A stretch of 64,000 bases of DNA. Source: Azolla caroliniana (Eukaryota; Plantae; Polypodiophyta). Every line of letters begins with the position of its first letter. The first letter of the stretch is position 1. Under the pieces are notes generated by a model. It worked only from the letters and a program-made list of their open reading frames with translations. It was not told the origin of the DNA and did not search any database. The translations under genes were made by a program, and so were the position numbers. Below are positions 47,389 to 60,508 of this stretch, piece by piece. The stretch covers positions 16,430,001 through 16,494,000 of the forward strand of contig JBHGNT010000001.1 of NCBI GenBank assembly GCA_043228905.1, given 5' to 3'.

Positions 47389-49485
47389 GTGTGTCACACA
47401 ATAATTCATCATCCATCATCATTTTTTTATTTAGCCTAAATGCTGCTTAATATATAATTATAATAGGACGTGCAAACTATACAACCCACGTAGCGTTGAC
47501 AAGTGCATATAATCTAAGCAAATTTGGTCACTCAAATATAATTAATTTAAAAGCCACTTTCCATTAGGCCCCATTAAGCCTGCTATTTATCTGAGGGTCC
47601 ATATAATGCTGTCGAAAAGAGAATAGTTAGTACAAGTTGCACGATCAGTACTTGTGTGTAGTAATGCTGTTTAACTATGTATTGTTTATTTAGATTCACT
47701 AGAATCATAACATCACCCCAATTCTAATACCAATACCATATTAAGCTGCACTTACCTACAAAATGGGCCTTATAAAATAGAGACTATCAAATGGGTCAGC
47801 TCAATCCAAAAATATCAATCAAACAAGAAAAGAATATAATTATGTGATGCCAAATCTGATTGTAGTACAATTAGGAAGGCGTTGGAATTGATCAATTATT
47901 ATTAAGTCTGGGTGGCTAATTTAGATTGTTTGGATTGTGATGAATGAATGGTGCAGAGAGAAAGTGACGGTGGATCAAGATTGGATCACGTTCCAGGGAG
48001 ATGGTCCTCGGCTCACGGAGATCCAGTGGGGCGATACCGCAACTTCTGCGGGGAGCACCTTCAAGTCGGCGTCGGTCGCAGTAAATGGAGACCATTTCAC
48101 TGCAAAAGACATCTCCTTCAGGGTACATATACTACTACTAGACTTACTGTTCATAAGTCCTGGGGATCATAGACTGTGGGGCAGATATATATATATATAT
48201 ATATATATATCTATATATACTATAGAGTCTAGACTTCTTGTGCATGTCATAATGCAATCATCATTGGTGGAATGGTATTAATATATAATTTAATTGAGAT
48301 TGTTGTGTACAGTGGGTGGTATTCAGTCATGCTCTGTATAGTCCTACTAAAATCAATGATGATGATGATGATGATGATGAGTGTCCTTTCAAATGTTCCG
48401 AGTCTAGTTAGTTGTCAAATTATTATGTACAATGTGCAGTGTGTATAAGAAAATTGCACAAGTACATCCATTTTATTTATTTATTATCTTTGGGCCCTTA
48501 AAAATTTGAAGGTCACAAAATGTATGTATGTATGTATGTATGTATTCTTCTGTATTAATCTGCAATATGTATTGGCAGAACACTGCACCTGCTCCCCCCG
48601 GTGGTGCGGTTGGAAAGCAAGCAGTGGCACTGCGGATTAGCGGAGATTATGCCGCCTTCTTCAATGTCAACTTCTACGGCGCACAAGACACGCTGTATGA
48701 CCACAAGGGCCGCCATTATTTCTATCGTTGCTACATCGAGGGTTCCATCGACTTCATTTTCGGCAACGGCCGATCCTTCTACTTCGTACGTACATCATCA
48801 TCATATATTAAATGATTATTAATGAATTTGAATTTGCATTGCATGGATATATGTATATTATGTACATAATAATGATGATTAAACTAAATAAATGTGGGCA
48901 ACAACATGATGAACAAAACAAAACAAAACAAAACAGCAATGCCGAATCCACTCGATCGCGTCGCCCAACGGATCGCTGACAGCTCAGAAGAGAGAGAGCA
49001 CGTCGGAGAACACGGGGTTCTCGTTCATGAGCTGTGTCGTGACGGGGTCGGGGAACATCTACCTGGGGCGTGCGTGGGGCCGCGCCTCCAGGGTCGTCTA
49101 CGCCTACACCTACTTCGACAACATCATCCTCCCTCAAGGATGGTTCAACTGGGCTGACCCCAGCAGAGAGAAGTAAGTACTGTTACTGTTACAACTTATA
49201 TATACATATATGTATATAAGAAGATGAGGGGTAATTCCAGTCCAACCAACTCAAGTCTCATATACATACATACATACATACATACTTATGTATTTTAAAC
49301 TAACTCAAGTCTCAATTATTTATTTTACCCAAAGGACTGTGTTCTACGCGGAGTACCAGTGCTCGGGACCGGGCGCGAACCGATCGAAACGTGTTTCATG
49401 GTCGAGAGTGCTGACCGACGCACAAGCCCAACCATTCCTTCACACCGGTTTCATCAATGGTGAGCAATGGCTCTCCCAGACATAA
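46937..49485 (+). CDS. Pectin methylesterase, group 1/type II (no PMEI pro-domain), 403 aa; exons 46937-47388, 47957-48122, 48579-48785, 48937-49172, 49335-49485
   Basis: Signal peptide ([13 protein letters not shown]). Motifs [49 protein letters not shown] and [15 protein letters not shown] introns give an open 1212-nt CDS. Confidence 0.95.
47957..48122 (+). CDS. PME exon 2
   Basis: EKVTV...TFKSASVAV...ISFR. Confidence 0.92.
48579..48785 (+). CDS. PME exon 3 (catalytic QDTL/DFIFG)
   Basis: NTAP...QAVAL...QDTLYD...DFIFGNGRS. Confidence 0.95.
48937..49172 (+). CDS. PME exon 4
   Basis: QCRIHSIA...TAQKR...GFSF...YLGRAW...GWFNW. Confidence 0.92.
49335..49485 (+). CDS. PME exon 5
   Basis: [22 protein letters not shown]...FINGEQWL; ends in TAA. 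Confidence 0.92.
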
Positions 49486-50711
49486 AAAAAATGTCTTCTT
49501 CAACAACAACAACAACAACAACAACAACAAAATGTCTTCTTCTTTATGGTGCTGTAGAAGATGATTGTGATGATGATGGCATTCATTCATGGAATGGGGA
49601 CACAGAGAGTTCCGTGGATTTAATACTACCATCATACCCTTCTATTAACCATTCCCTAATTATTTAATTAATTTGTATGTATGTATGCATTCTTATTATG
49701 ATTTATTATTTGCTGCTTCTCGGACCAACCGATATTGCATGTGTGTGTGTGTTTGGCCCCCGATTGATTGATTGATTGATTCCCTACCTATCTATTAATT
49801 GGAAATAAAAGGGAGGAGGGTATTGTGTGTGTGTGTGTGTGTGTGTGTGTAAACATATTACATACATACATACATACATAGTTACATATTAATTGGAAGG
49901 CGTGGGTGGCGTGTGGGGCTGAGGTGGTGCCTTCATTCTAATTAATTTAAATAAAAAACAATCAATCCCTCCTCATCTTTACACCAATGAAGGTTGAATT
50001 TATGACATTGCTCCTGGATTAATAATAATAATTATTTCTTCAATCCGTCCAATGTGCAAAACAGCTTATTAAATATGTGTACATATACATTTCCCAATTC
50101 ATGGCTCTTCGTTCACACCACATATTTCAGTATGTATATTTTACATATTAGGCCCTCTCAAACACAAATGAGCTAATGAATGCGAACGTTCCACATAAAT
50201 CTCCATCCAATTATAGAGAGAGACAAATGTTGTTGAATTTACATATGTTCATATGATTACATACATACATACATACATACACACATATAGAGGCACATGG
50301 GCAAAACACACACACACGGAGGATGACGTAAGTGAAATGGGGACAGACTTTAGGGCGAAACACAATATTTATAAATAAATAACCCATTGCTTGGGTGTGG
50401 AACCAACAACCTTAATTTTTAAATTATGTTGCAAATTCCTTAGATGATGCCGTCACATTTTGCTTTAACTAACACTTAATAATTATTGCCTTTAAGTTTA
50501 GTTATATAATTTGGTCCTCCATGATTTGAAAAAATTATGATAAATACCAACCCGACAGTTGACCTCTTAGAAAATAAACTAGGATTTAAGTAATGCGATA
50601 ATGCACAAGTATTTCTTCAAACATGGAAATCGTTGTCAATTAATTCGAGTATTAAAGATGGCACCAAAGAACATGATAAAGACAACACAAAAAGATAAAG
50701 GAATGGTGTAT

Positions 50712-50797
50712 GGGCCCAAGAGACAAAATATGTTCTTCTCATGAAGTGATATATATATATCACTTCATGAGAAGAACATATTTTGTCTCTTGGGCCC
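50712..50797. repeat. Perfect 86-bp palindrome
   Basis: The two 43-bp arms are exact reverse complements, centred on (AT)6. Confidence 0.97.
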
Positions 50798-51153
50798 TAT
50801 ATATATATATATATATATATATAGGACTCACCACTTCATTACATCTATCATCTGATCATGTTATTGGAGATGTCAATAGATATCAAGTCTCAAGCTTTGT
50901 TGAGGTCAATGTTAACAATTCTGCATGTTGTAGTACATAATGTGATGCACAAAAGTTTGGGTCATTAAGACATAGACAATGGCCATTGTTATAATTCTCA
51001 CCAGATTATGCCATTTTCAGTTTAATACAATCCCATTTGAATATTGTTCATCATAAATTAGGATAGATAATTTTGTGTGTCCCATGTCTGAATGTTTGTT
51101 TGAAGGAGCCTATTCACAATAAGAAATAGAATTTGCGAGATTGAGTTAATGAC

Positions 51154-51385
51154 ACCCTTGGAACATTACATAGAAAGATAGATACATACTGCTTCTACAA
51201 GAATACCCTATTTATAATATACCCTTGGAACATTACATAGAAAGATAGATACATATTGCTTCTATATATATAATACATCCTTGGAAAATTACATAGAAAG
51301 ATAGATACATACTCCTTCTATAAGAATAAATACCCTATACATATATAATAGACCCTTGGAACATTACATAGAAAGGTAGATACAT
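51154..51385. repeat. ~56-75-bp tandem repeat x4
   Basis: CCTTGGAACATTACATAGAAAGATAGATACAT unit four times. Confidence 0.88.
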
Positions 51386-51495
51386 TACATAATGGTGTAG
51401 GGATAGGGTTCCATGTGATAGGCATAGGCATAGGGTTCCATGCCAATGTCATTCATACTTTAACCCCCACCCTATCCCCCCAATACATATATCTC

Positions 51496-51497
<2 letters not shown>

Positions 51498-51593
<96 letters not shown>

Positions 51594-51611
51594 ACACACG
51601 CACACACGCAC

Positions 51612-51656
<45 letters not shown>
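51498..51656. repeat. Long (CA)n microsatellite
   Basis: ~160 bp of CA with few interruptions. Confidence 0.97.
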
Positions 51657-51658
<2 letters not shown>

Positions 51659-52041
51659 TCAACCAAAGGTTTACGTTAATTACCAAATGAGCCTAAATTA
51701 GTGTGTTCAAGAAAAAGAAGATAGACATGCACACACGCACATGGTTTAAAATGTAGCCAAGATACATACATACATACATACACGTAGGTCTAAAACCAAA
51801 ATGCTACACATGAACCGAAATGTGAACACATCATGAATTTGGTTCTTCGGTCTATTGAAAACAATAACATATGAATTAGAGCTTTCTGTTGGCCTTGAAT
51901 CTATGACACCTTGCAATGCATCCCAATTTTGGGAAGAGGTGACACTTAGTGCGGAAAGGAATAGAAACATTCAATCATGTTTAACAACAAGAGGTGATTT
52001 TTCTCGATTGAATATTGTAAAAGTTACGTGCAGAAATGTTG

Positions 52042-52569
52042 TGTGAGACACCGAGTACACAGTCGGTTATTCGGGAATACAGCAGTTAGGTATGTACACA
52101 TAGATGAGATGAGAGACAGACTCAGTGAGCAGACAACAATAAACTTCTATTACAAAATAATACTCAGTACATACAATGTGCTCACATAACACTTTTTATA
52201 CAAGTCTTGACGAGTGGGTTGAAAAATACTTGAATGCTCATTAACGGAGCTACTGACACTAGCAGTCTATAATATTCCTATTTACACTTGCCCGCTCAAC
52301 ACTCCCCCCTCAAGTTCAACTTGAGGTAAGTTCCTTGTGTCAGCATTCGCCGATTCTCGCACTCGGCATCTCCTGCATCTTCTTGCCTTGCTTGCGCTCC
52401 TCGTCTGGTCCAGTCTCACGTCCCACGACCCCTCCGATGCGAGGCTCCTTGACTTGTCTGGTTCTGCGCACCTTGACTCCTACGATCAACTCGTCTGCTC
52501 CTAAGGCCCTTGTTAGCTCCATTGCTATCGCGACATTGGCGCCCCTTTAACCCGTCGGCTCCTCTGTAT
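52042..52569 (-). mobile_element. 3' end of a copia-like element (3' LTR 52042-52301 plus PPT), cut by gypsy copy 2
   Basis: Minus strand TTGAGGGGGGAG PPT followed by TGTTGAG...TCTCACA. LTR resembles the one at 54933-55382. Confidence 0.7.
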
Positions 52570-54932
52570 TGTCACATCTAGACACGGACCTCTGACCTAT
52601 AACACACCCAATACTTAGTATTAGGTAAACCATTAGGAAACCCTTATGTTATATGTAAATTGTGTATGGTTAATATTTTATAGTCTAGCATATAGAATAT
52701 TCTAGTCTTTCGTATATTCTAGAAATGTTTTATGGTATTTCTACACGAGTATATTCTAGAGATATTTCTCAGGTATATATTCTAGAGATATTTCTTAGGT
52801 ATATTCTAGAGATATTCAATCTCAAAACTTGTATAAATATGTATGTTCACCTAGATTACAATCAAGATGAACAACACCAGTTCCAAAGTCTTTAAATTAA
52901 TCAACTCATCCCTTTGATTATCTTCTACTCTCTTGTGTATATTTTCTACCCATGGCAGTTTGTTCACCTTCCCATCCTTGTACCTCTCCTTCTCATTAGT
53001 CGTAGCTATGTCCGACCCAACTTATGACTTAAGCCAAATAATGACAACCTTACAACAATTCCAGCTTGAAAATGAAGCTCTTCGGAATTCTTTACGAGAA
53101 CTTCAAGTCCGCGCCTCCCTATCCTCACAACCCACGGAGTCTAGTATCCCACCACAACCTAGGCCGGAGCCTAGTCTTCTATTAACATATGATCTAGCTT
53201 CTTTTTATTTTCTTGAGCCTAAGATTAGCCTCCCAAAAACATTTGATGGAACAAGGTCGCATTTCCGGGGGTTCATCAACCAAATTCATTTAATCATTCG
53301 GCTACAACATCAACGTTATGCAGATGGTCTTTGACAAGTTGGACTTGTGGGCACCCTCCTCTCCGGTACTGCCCAAGCTTGGTTTGCACCTTTAGTAGAA
53401 ACTGTCACCTCTATTGGAGGGTTTTCTTGCCTTCCTCGCCGAGTTAGAGGCCACATTTGGAGAGTCGGATCGGCGATGTATAACCCTCACCAAGCGTTAT
53501 GCACTCGAACAAGGTTCGCGTGCAACTTTTGTCTATGCTTCGGAATTCCGACAACTAGCATGTGACGTCAAGTGGGATGATCAAGCTTTAGCTGATCACT
53601 TTCGGCGGGGCCTTCAAAGCAATGTCAAGAATCTTCTCTTGAACTTTCCCGAGCCCACCTCGTTATCCCAAGTGATTTCACAAGCAATCCATTGTGACAA
53701 TCGTCTTTTTAAATTTCGCCAGGAAGAGCGTCAAACTTGGGGTTTGACTCATTCACTTCCACGACACGCCCCGGTCGTACAACCCCAGGTATCACTCCTA
53801 TCAGTGGTGTCACGCTCCCCTACTTTGGTAGATGCTCCAATCCTAATGGAAATTGATCAAGCTTGCTTTCGGCCATTGATTGATGCCGAACGAGAATTTC
53901 GACGGGTTAATGGCTTGTGCCTATATTGTGGTGCCTCAGGTCATCTCCTTCGCCATTGTCCAAGGAGTAATCACCCACCATTCCATCGAGCCAATGGACC
54001 CCAACATCCGGAAAACGACATCATCCAATTGGAGTAGGAGCCATGCAACTGGACGTCTCTAGTCATCCACATTTTCATGGTTCCATTACTAGAAGATCAG
54101 ACAATTTCACATTGGAGGTATGCCTTTCTTTTAATTCCAGTTCCATTGAGTCTGTCGCTTTACTGGATTCTGGAGCGACTTCTTGCTTCATCGATGTGGC
54201 ATTCGCCCGAGCACATGGGATACCCGTCGTGTGCCTCTCAAAACCCATTCATGTTGAAGCCATTGACGTGTGTGTCCTCTCGTCAGGAGCAATTATCGAG
54301 ACTACAATCCCATTAGGGCTTCATGTGGGCTCCCACCAAGAAGAGCTCCCCTTTTACCTCATTGCATCCCCTCGGCATCCGATCGTCTTAGGACTATCGT
54401 GGTTGGAGGCACACAATTGAATAGTGGATTGGTGCAATCGCTTGATCACATTTAGAGAGCTAGGATGCTTGCACACAACTATGAAGGTCAATTCAGTTTC
54501 ACATCCTTCAGAGACGGTCGATTCCGACTCGGCCACTCTTGCTCACCGTTTGTGGACGATGTGAAACCGCTCGCCGTTTGTGGAGCTACTTCTAACACAC
54601 TCTGTGCTATTCTCGACAAGTATAAAGACTTCTCCAATGTATTTGAGAAACGTAATGCAGATCGTTTGCCCGAACACCGGCTCTACGACTATCCCATCGA
54701 TAGTCAAGATGGCGCTTGTCCACCCTTTGGTCCTCTATATGCATTGTCTGCACTAGAGCTAAAGGCCCTTCGAGTGTATCTCAATGAGAACCTCGTGAAA
54801 GGATTTATTCAACCTTCTAAGTTGCCAGTCGGGGCCCCTATATTATTTGTGAAGAAGTAGGACGACTCGCTATGCTTATGTGTAGACTATTGGGGTCTCA
54901 AGAAACTCACAGTGTGCAACCGCTATCCGCTC
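52570..54932 (+). mobile_element. Ty3/gypsy copy 2 (same family as 1-2713), degenerate; LTR ~52570-52957, gag from 53008, PR, start of RT; cut by copia G
   Basis: Gag and PR proteins are highly similar to copy 1. DSG protease. LTR contains TATTCTAG-type tandem repeats. Confidence 0.9.
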
Positions 54933-57900
54933 TGTAGAGATACAAACTCAACATTGGCCGATCGGCTGTGCAAGCCGAGAACCAGATCAGTTGGGACCGA
55001 TTGGTTAGGCCGGACCGGTGCGTAAACCGGGTGCGTAAACCGGTGCGCAAATCGGTGCGCAACAAGAAGCCGTAGCAGTGCATAAACCGTGAGGCCGTTG
55101 GAAAGATATTCCGCGTAGGAATATATTTTAGGAGTTACTGTAGAGCTAAGTTATGAGCATTGAAGTACGTGTTAGTACTTCTGTCAGTCCGTATGGACTT
55201 GTATACAAGTGCTCACTGACTACATTCTATATACAGACTGAGTATTATTTTTTGAATAGAGTTGTGTGTTCTCTTTGTCTCTTTGTCTCTCCCACGTACT
55301 CTATGTGTGTCCAAGCTCTCCATTAAACCTGTGTTTTCTTACGTTTTGCTTTCTATTACTTCCGCATGTTGTTCTTTTCACATGGTATCAGAGCACGAGG
55401 GTTGAGAACCTCTGCAACCAACCTTAGCTCGAGATGAAAACCTAACCTTCATAAAGAATAAGAAAACAAAATGGATAGAGGCATGGTTAGCTCGCTTCCG
55501 ACTGAGAAGCTCGACAGGGGAACCGTCAAGGGAAATCTGTCGTGGAATGTTGGTACTGTGGCAAGAAAGGCCACTAGGAGAGCGAGTGCTGGAAGAAGCG
55601 CGCCGATTCGGAGAAAACCGGATCTGGATCCGGACAAACCGACAAAGGAAATCGGCCGCGATAGCACTATGCCGAAGGATCTAAAAAAGTCAGAAAGGGG
55701 GTAGCCTTCGTGACGAGACATGAAGCGAACTCTATGAGGAAGACCACCCCGAAATCGGACGAGGTGTGGTACGTTGACTCCGGCGTGTCAAACCACATGA
55801 CGAGCCATAAGGAGTGGTTCTCATACCTTGAGAAACCTATGCAACTGGGAGTAGTCGCAACAGGAGACGACACTCCGCATTCGATCTAGAATGTTGGTGA
55901 AGTTCCCCTGAGCCATGTCAGGCAAAAAGGGAAACTCATGAACGTGCTACACGTCCTGACAATCACGAAGAATTTGGACCAGGGGATGCATGTCCAGTTC
56001 ACACATCTCGGGTGCTTCATCGAGGAGGAAGGCCAAGTTATTGTGCAAGGGCGTAGAGACGGGAGGATGTTTATCCTCGACACCAATGACGTCGGCACCG
56101 CAATGTTCGCAAAAGGAAAAAAATTTGAGTCGGTCATCGACTTGTGGAACAAGCGGATAGGCCACATCAACTATCAAAGGCTTCAGGACTTGTAGTCGAA
56201 ACAAGTTGTGTTCGGATTGCCCAAATTTTGTGGCCGGAAGGCCCAAATTTGTGAAGGTTGCCAGCTAGGGAAGCAACACCGACTTCCTTTCCCCAAAGAG
56301 CATAACCGGAGCCGGAACAAGCTCGACTTGATTCAAATGTATAGGGGCTGGCACAGAATGTTAGTCTTGGTGGGAGTCGATATTTTTTCTCCATCATCGA
56401 CGACTACACGTGGCACACGTGGATCTATCTCATTGAAAAGAAGAATGAAGTCTTTGATTTTTTCCGGGACCTCAAAAGCTTCTTAGAAAGGGAAACATGG
56501 AGAAAGATCATGTGCTTGCGGTCGGATGGCAGAAAAGAGTACTTTTCCGGCCAATTCAACAGTTATCTGCAACAAATGGGAATTCGACGTGAATTTAGTT
56601 GCAGGTATATGCTGGAGCAAAACAACGTAGCTGAAAGGAAAAATTGGTCGGTTCTAGAAGTGGCGCGGGCAATGCTGGAAGAAAAGAGCTTGCCCAAGTT
56701 CTATTGGGCCGAAGCGGTACGAACCGCGGTCTACATCCAAAATTGAATCGGAGACAAAGTGTTGGCGCATGAGCTGCACTTCGGAAGAAAGCCGAATCTA
56801 CGACACTTGAGAGTTTTCGGTAGCATTGCATATGTGCATGTGCCGAAGGAGAAACAGAGGAAGTTGGACGCGAAAGCCGAGAAGTGTATCTTGGTCGGCT
56901 ATTCAGACGAATAGAAGGGTTTGTAAGTGTTATAACCCCCGAATCAAACAAGCTCACGTGAGCCGCGATGTTGTGTTTGACGAGTCCGCGTCCTGGTACT
57001 TGCCTCCGACTCCCTCCGACTCTGGACCTCAAGTCCAACTCCGGATCTCCGGACCTGAGTTCTGACGATGAGGTCAGCGAGGTTGAAATGCCTCCGGATG
57101 ACCGCGAAATCAAGACCCTCGATGAGAGTCCGATTTCATTTCAGCTAAGTGGACCGAATGAGCGACTGGGTTGGTGTGACCGGTTCGAAGAAGAGCCGGC
57201 GAATAGTGGAGACTCGGCCGTGCATTCCCTGCGGAGGAAGCCGAGGAGACGGTTTACGCACAAGGAAAAAGGGAAGAAGAAGATGCCGGAGTATGACACC
57301 GATAAGGGCGAGTCGGATCGACGCGAATCTGACTCCGAGAAGAGTGATGACGGGCCTTTGAGAGTGAAGTCTGCGTCGGCCAAGAAAGCCTCAACATCCA
57401 CTAATGAGCAATTACGCCGATCTACCCGCCAGAAGAACCTTGTTATGTGGTTCAGATACAACGAGTACATGGCGCATCACTATGCGTACATGACGCGTAT
57501 AGCGGATGTGCGTGAGCTGGAGAGCTACGCAGAAGCGGTGAAGGACGCAAATTGGAGTGCCGCAATGGAGGAAGAGATGCGCGCATTGGCGAAGAATGAA
57601 ACCTGGGACCTAGTTGACGCACCGAAGGGTGTGAAGCCTATCGGATGTAGGTGGGTGTACAAGGTCAAGTACAACACCGACCCTTGGTCAACCGATACGA
57701 GGCCCGGTTAGTAGCGAAAGGCTATGCGTAGAAGCATGGCGTGGACTACGACGAGACCTTCACGCTTGTCACGAAGATGACTACCGTGTGTGTTTTGCTA
57801 GCCGTAGCAGCGGCGAAGGGGTGGCATTTACATCAGATGGATGTCAAGAATGTGTTCCTGCAAGGCGAGCTTGAGGAACAGGTGTACATGGTACATCCCC

Positions 57901-58342
57901 TCGGATTTCACTTCGGAATGAAAACTTCGGCGGTCTGCCGATTGAAGAAGTCCCTTTACGGACTAATGCAAGCCCTGCGTGCTTGGAATGCAAAAATCAC
58001 GCAGCGATTGCGTCGGATGGGATTTGCGACGTCCAAATCAGACTCCTCACTATTCATTTGGCAAGGTTGACTCGAGTCGGTTATTATTTTACTTTATGTT
58101 GATGACTTGGTCATCACCAGTGCCGACCTAGGTGAAATTGACCGCGTAAAGCTCCAACTCGCGGCATCATTTGACATGAAGGACCTGGGGGACCTTCATT
58201 ACTTCCTTAGGGTTGAAGTGATCTGTACCCCCGAAGGCATCCTGATCAGCCAACGACATTACGTGCTGGGTATGCTCTTCAAGTTCGGGTTGGCAGGTTG
58301 TAAGTCCGTCTTGACTCCTTTGGATAGAACTGTCAAGCTTCG
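54933..58342 (+). mobile_element. Ty1/copia element G (LTR 54933-55382, PBS 55383-55394, gag largely deleted, degenerate pol), truncated in RT
   Basis: TGTAGAG...TTCACA followed directly by TGGTATCAGAGC. Motifs WYVDSG, LRSDG, HQMDVKN and YVDDL. Confidence 0.9.
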
Positions 58343-60253
58343 CTTGGGCCTTTGTTAACTCTTCTTCCATGCCCGGCATTTGGGCTCTGACCTTCTCCAA
58401 TGCTTCGGTAGTTGTGCGCATGAGGTGTCTATTTTGCCTTTGTTCCTTGTCTAGTTGGTCCGCCACACTGGTGACTTGCTCTACCAGCCATCTTAGCCAT
58501 TGTTGGCATGTGCCCTGTTCCAGCCCATGCTTTTCCCCATCCATTGGGGTGCTTTGTGCACCCTTGTTCAGTGGCGGCTCTGGCTGTTGTTCTGGCTTCC
58601 TGGGACTCGGACCCGGTGAAAGGACTTGCTCCTTGCCCGGTGCCGGTTGGCCAACTAGTGCCTTGCTATGTCCGCTCCTCGGTTCCTCTCTGTCCTAGGT
58701 TTCCCCCACCATAGTTGGAGCCAGTTGTTTCGCCCGCTACTCCTGACCCCACTTCTTTGCATGTCATTCCAAGGTTTCGGTTGGTTCCTCCTCAACCTCC
58801 TCTTCTGTGGTCTCTAGGCGGATTTTGTGTATAAAGTCCTCCGGTTCTTGGTCTTGCCGGTGCAATGTGATTTTGATTGGCTTCATTCATGCTGGAGCTG
58901 TATCCTCCGCTTCTTGTGTTTGGTTAGTTGGCTTAGTTGGTCTCTCCGTGTCTGTCTCCGCCGGTTCTGGTCTTTGGCTAGTTTGACCTTCCTCCTGTTG
59001 TGATGCATCCTCTGAGGTCCATCCTGGGGTGTGCTTTTCTAGGAGTTGTCGCCTCTTGGTTGCTTTGTTTGGCGTTGTCTTCGGTCGGCCCCTCGTTTTA
59101 GGTTTGGTGGTGACGATGAGGGGTACTAATAAGGTTAGCCATTGTGCTACCCCCTATCCAAGATTTCTTCCCTTCCGCCACCGATTCTATGGCGGATTTC
59201 AAGAATTCGGTGATGATCTTCACTCAATCCACCGCTAGTTCCTCATACGCTGCTATAATGAATCTGGTTCTGTATTTTGGTATGGCCAGCGGTCGTGAGT
59301 GCACGAACCCATATTCCAGCAGCACTTGGGCCACCTCCCGGAATAGAGGGTCTTCTCCCCCTTGCGTTCGGTACGCCTTGCTGCTAAGGGAATACTCGCC
59401 GAAATACTCGATTAATGTCTCGATGGATGAGCTCCCCATCGATCAAAGTCCTCCCGCTTGTAATCCTGTGAGTGCCTGGATTTTGCCCTTTGTTATTTCT
59501 TCAAGGTCGACAGTTGGTGCGACTTGTTCCAGGTCTTCATGCGGTGGTGCGTTTGCGATTCGAAGGAATCCCTCGAGTCCATTCTTGGTGAGTCATTCGC
59601 GTGCTACGTTGGAGAGCGCCATGGAACCTGAGTCTTCTTCGTCGCTGTCGGTGTGCTTCTCTGTGAGGGGGCTATGCTTTGTGTGTTTGAGGGTTCGTGT
59701 GCTTTTCTACGCTCGCCACAATTGAAGTTCTTTAAGGGCCATTCCCTCATTTGGCCTTTGATTTTGTACCCCCATCTTCTTGAACCACCAGTTCTTGGTT
59801 CCCATGCATGCATGCTCCGGACCATAATTAGTATGTGTACCCTGGTCCTGTGCTTTAAATAGCCGCATCCCGCTTGTTCACTGGCGTCGGTTCGCAATAA
59901 TATTTTTTGCCCTAATAATAGTCGTCCCACCTTTTGCTTCCTCCACCTTTTTGCATGATGACCGTCTTTTTCTGACTACTTTTCTTTTCTTTTTATTATT
60001 ATTATTTAAAATCCAATGACCTTGTCGGTGGTGCCCGGTTCCACCAAATCGGTTGCGTCCGGTGTCTCCCTGCTTTTTGACGGTGTCCTGCCACCTTTTG
60101 TCCGGTTTCCAGGATTTTGTGGGTTCTCTTCGTCTTTAAACGGGGCTTCAGTCGGAATCCATTGACCCATTTGCTTAACAGTTCTCCGGCTAACGTGCGT
60201 AGTTGGTAGGACCCATTAAACTCCTTTGTTACCCAGAATGGGCCGGCTCACCA
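58343..60253 (-). mobile_element. Fragment of an unidentified repeat with a degenerate minus-strand coiled-coil ORF (possibly a retroelement accessory ORF)
   Basis: Replaces the copia G RT abruptly. Minus ORFs 58167-58544 and 59224-59439. GC-rich and coding-like, but no domain recognised. Confidence 0.4.
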
Positions 60254-60456
60254 TGTTGAGAGTCAAACTCAACTTCCCATAGATAGGTTTCACACTAGCT
60301 CATGGACATGTTGGGCTAGTTTTGTAAATAGTAGAAAGGGCACTTGCCCTAGCTTAGTTGGTATATAAACCAACGCATTGTAACTTAGTTACTGTTGGAT
60401 GTTTTATGTTTGATGTATTTTTGGTTAATATATAGTTTTTCTATCTCTGCCTTAAG

Positions 60457-60508
<52 letters not shown>

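Noticed and set aside
51415-51690. His-Thr / Cys-Val repeat proteins (also 42886-43128)
   Set aside because: These are translations of (CA)n/(GT)n microsatellites.
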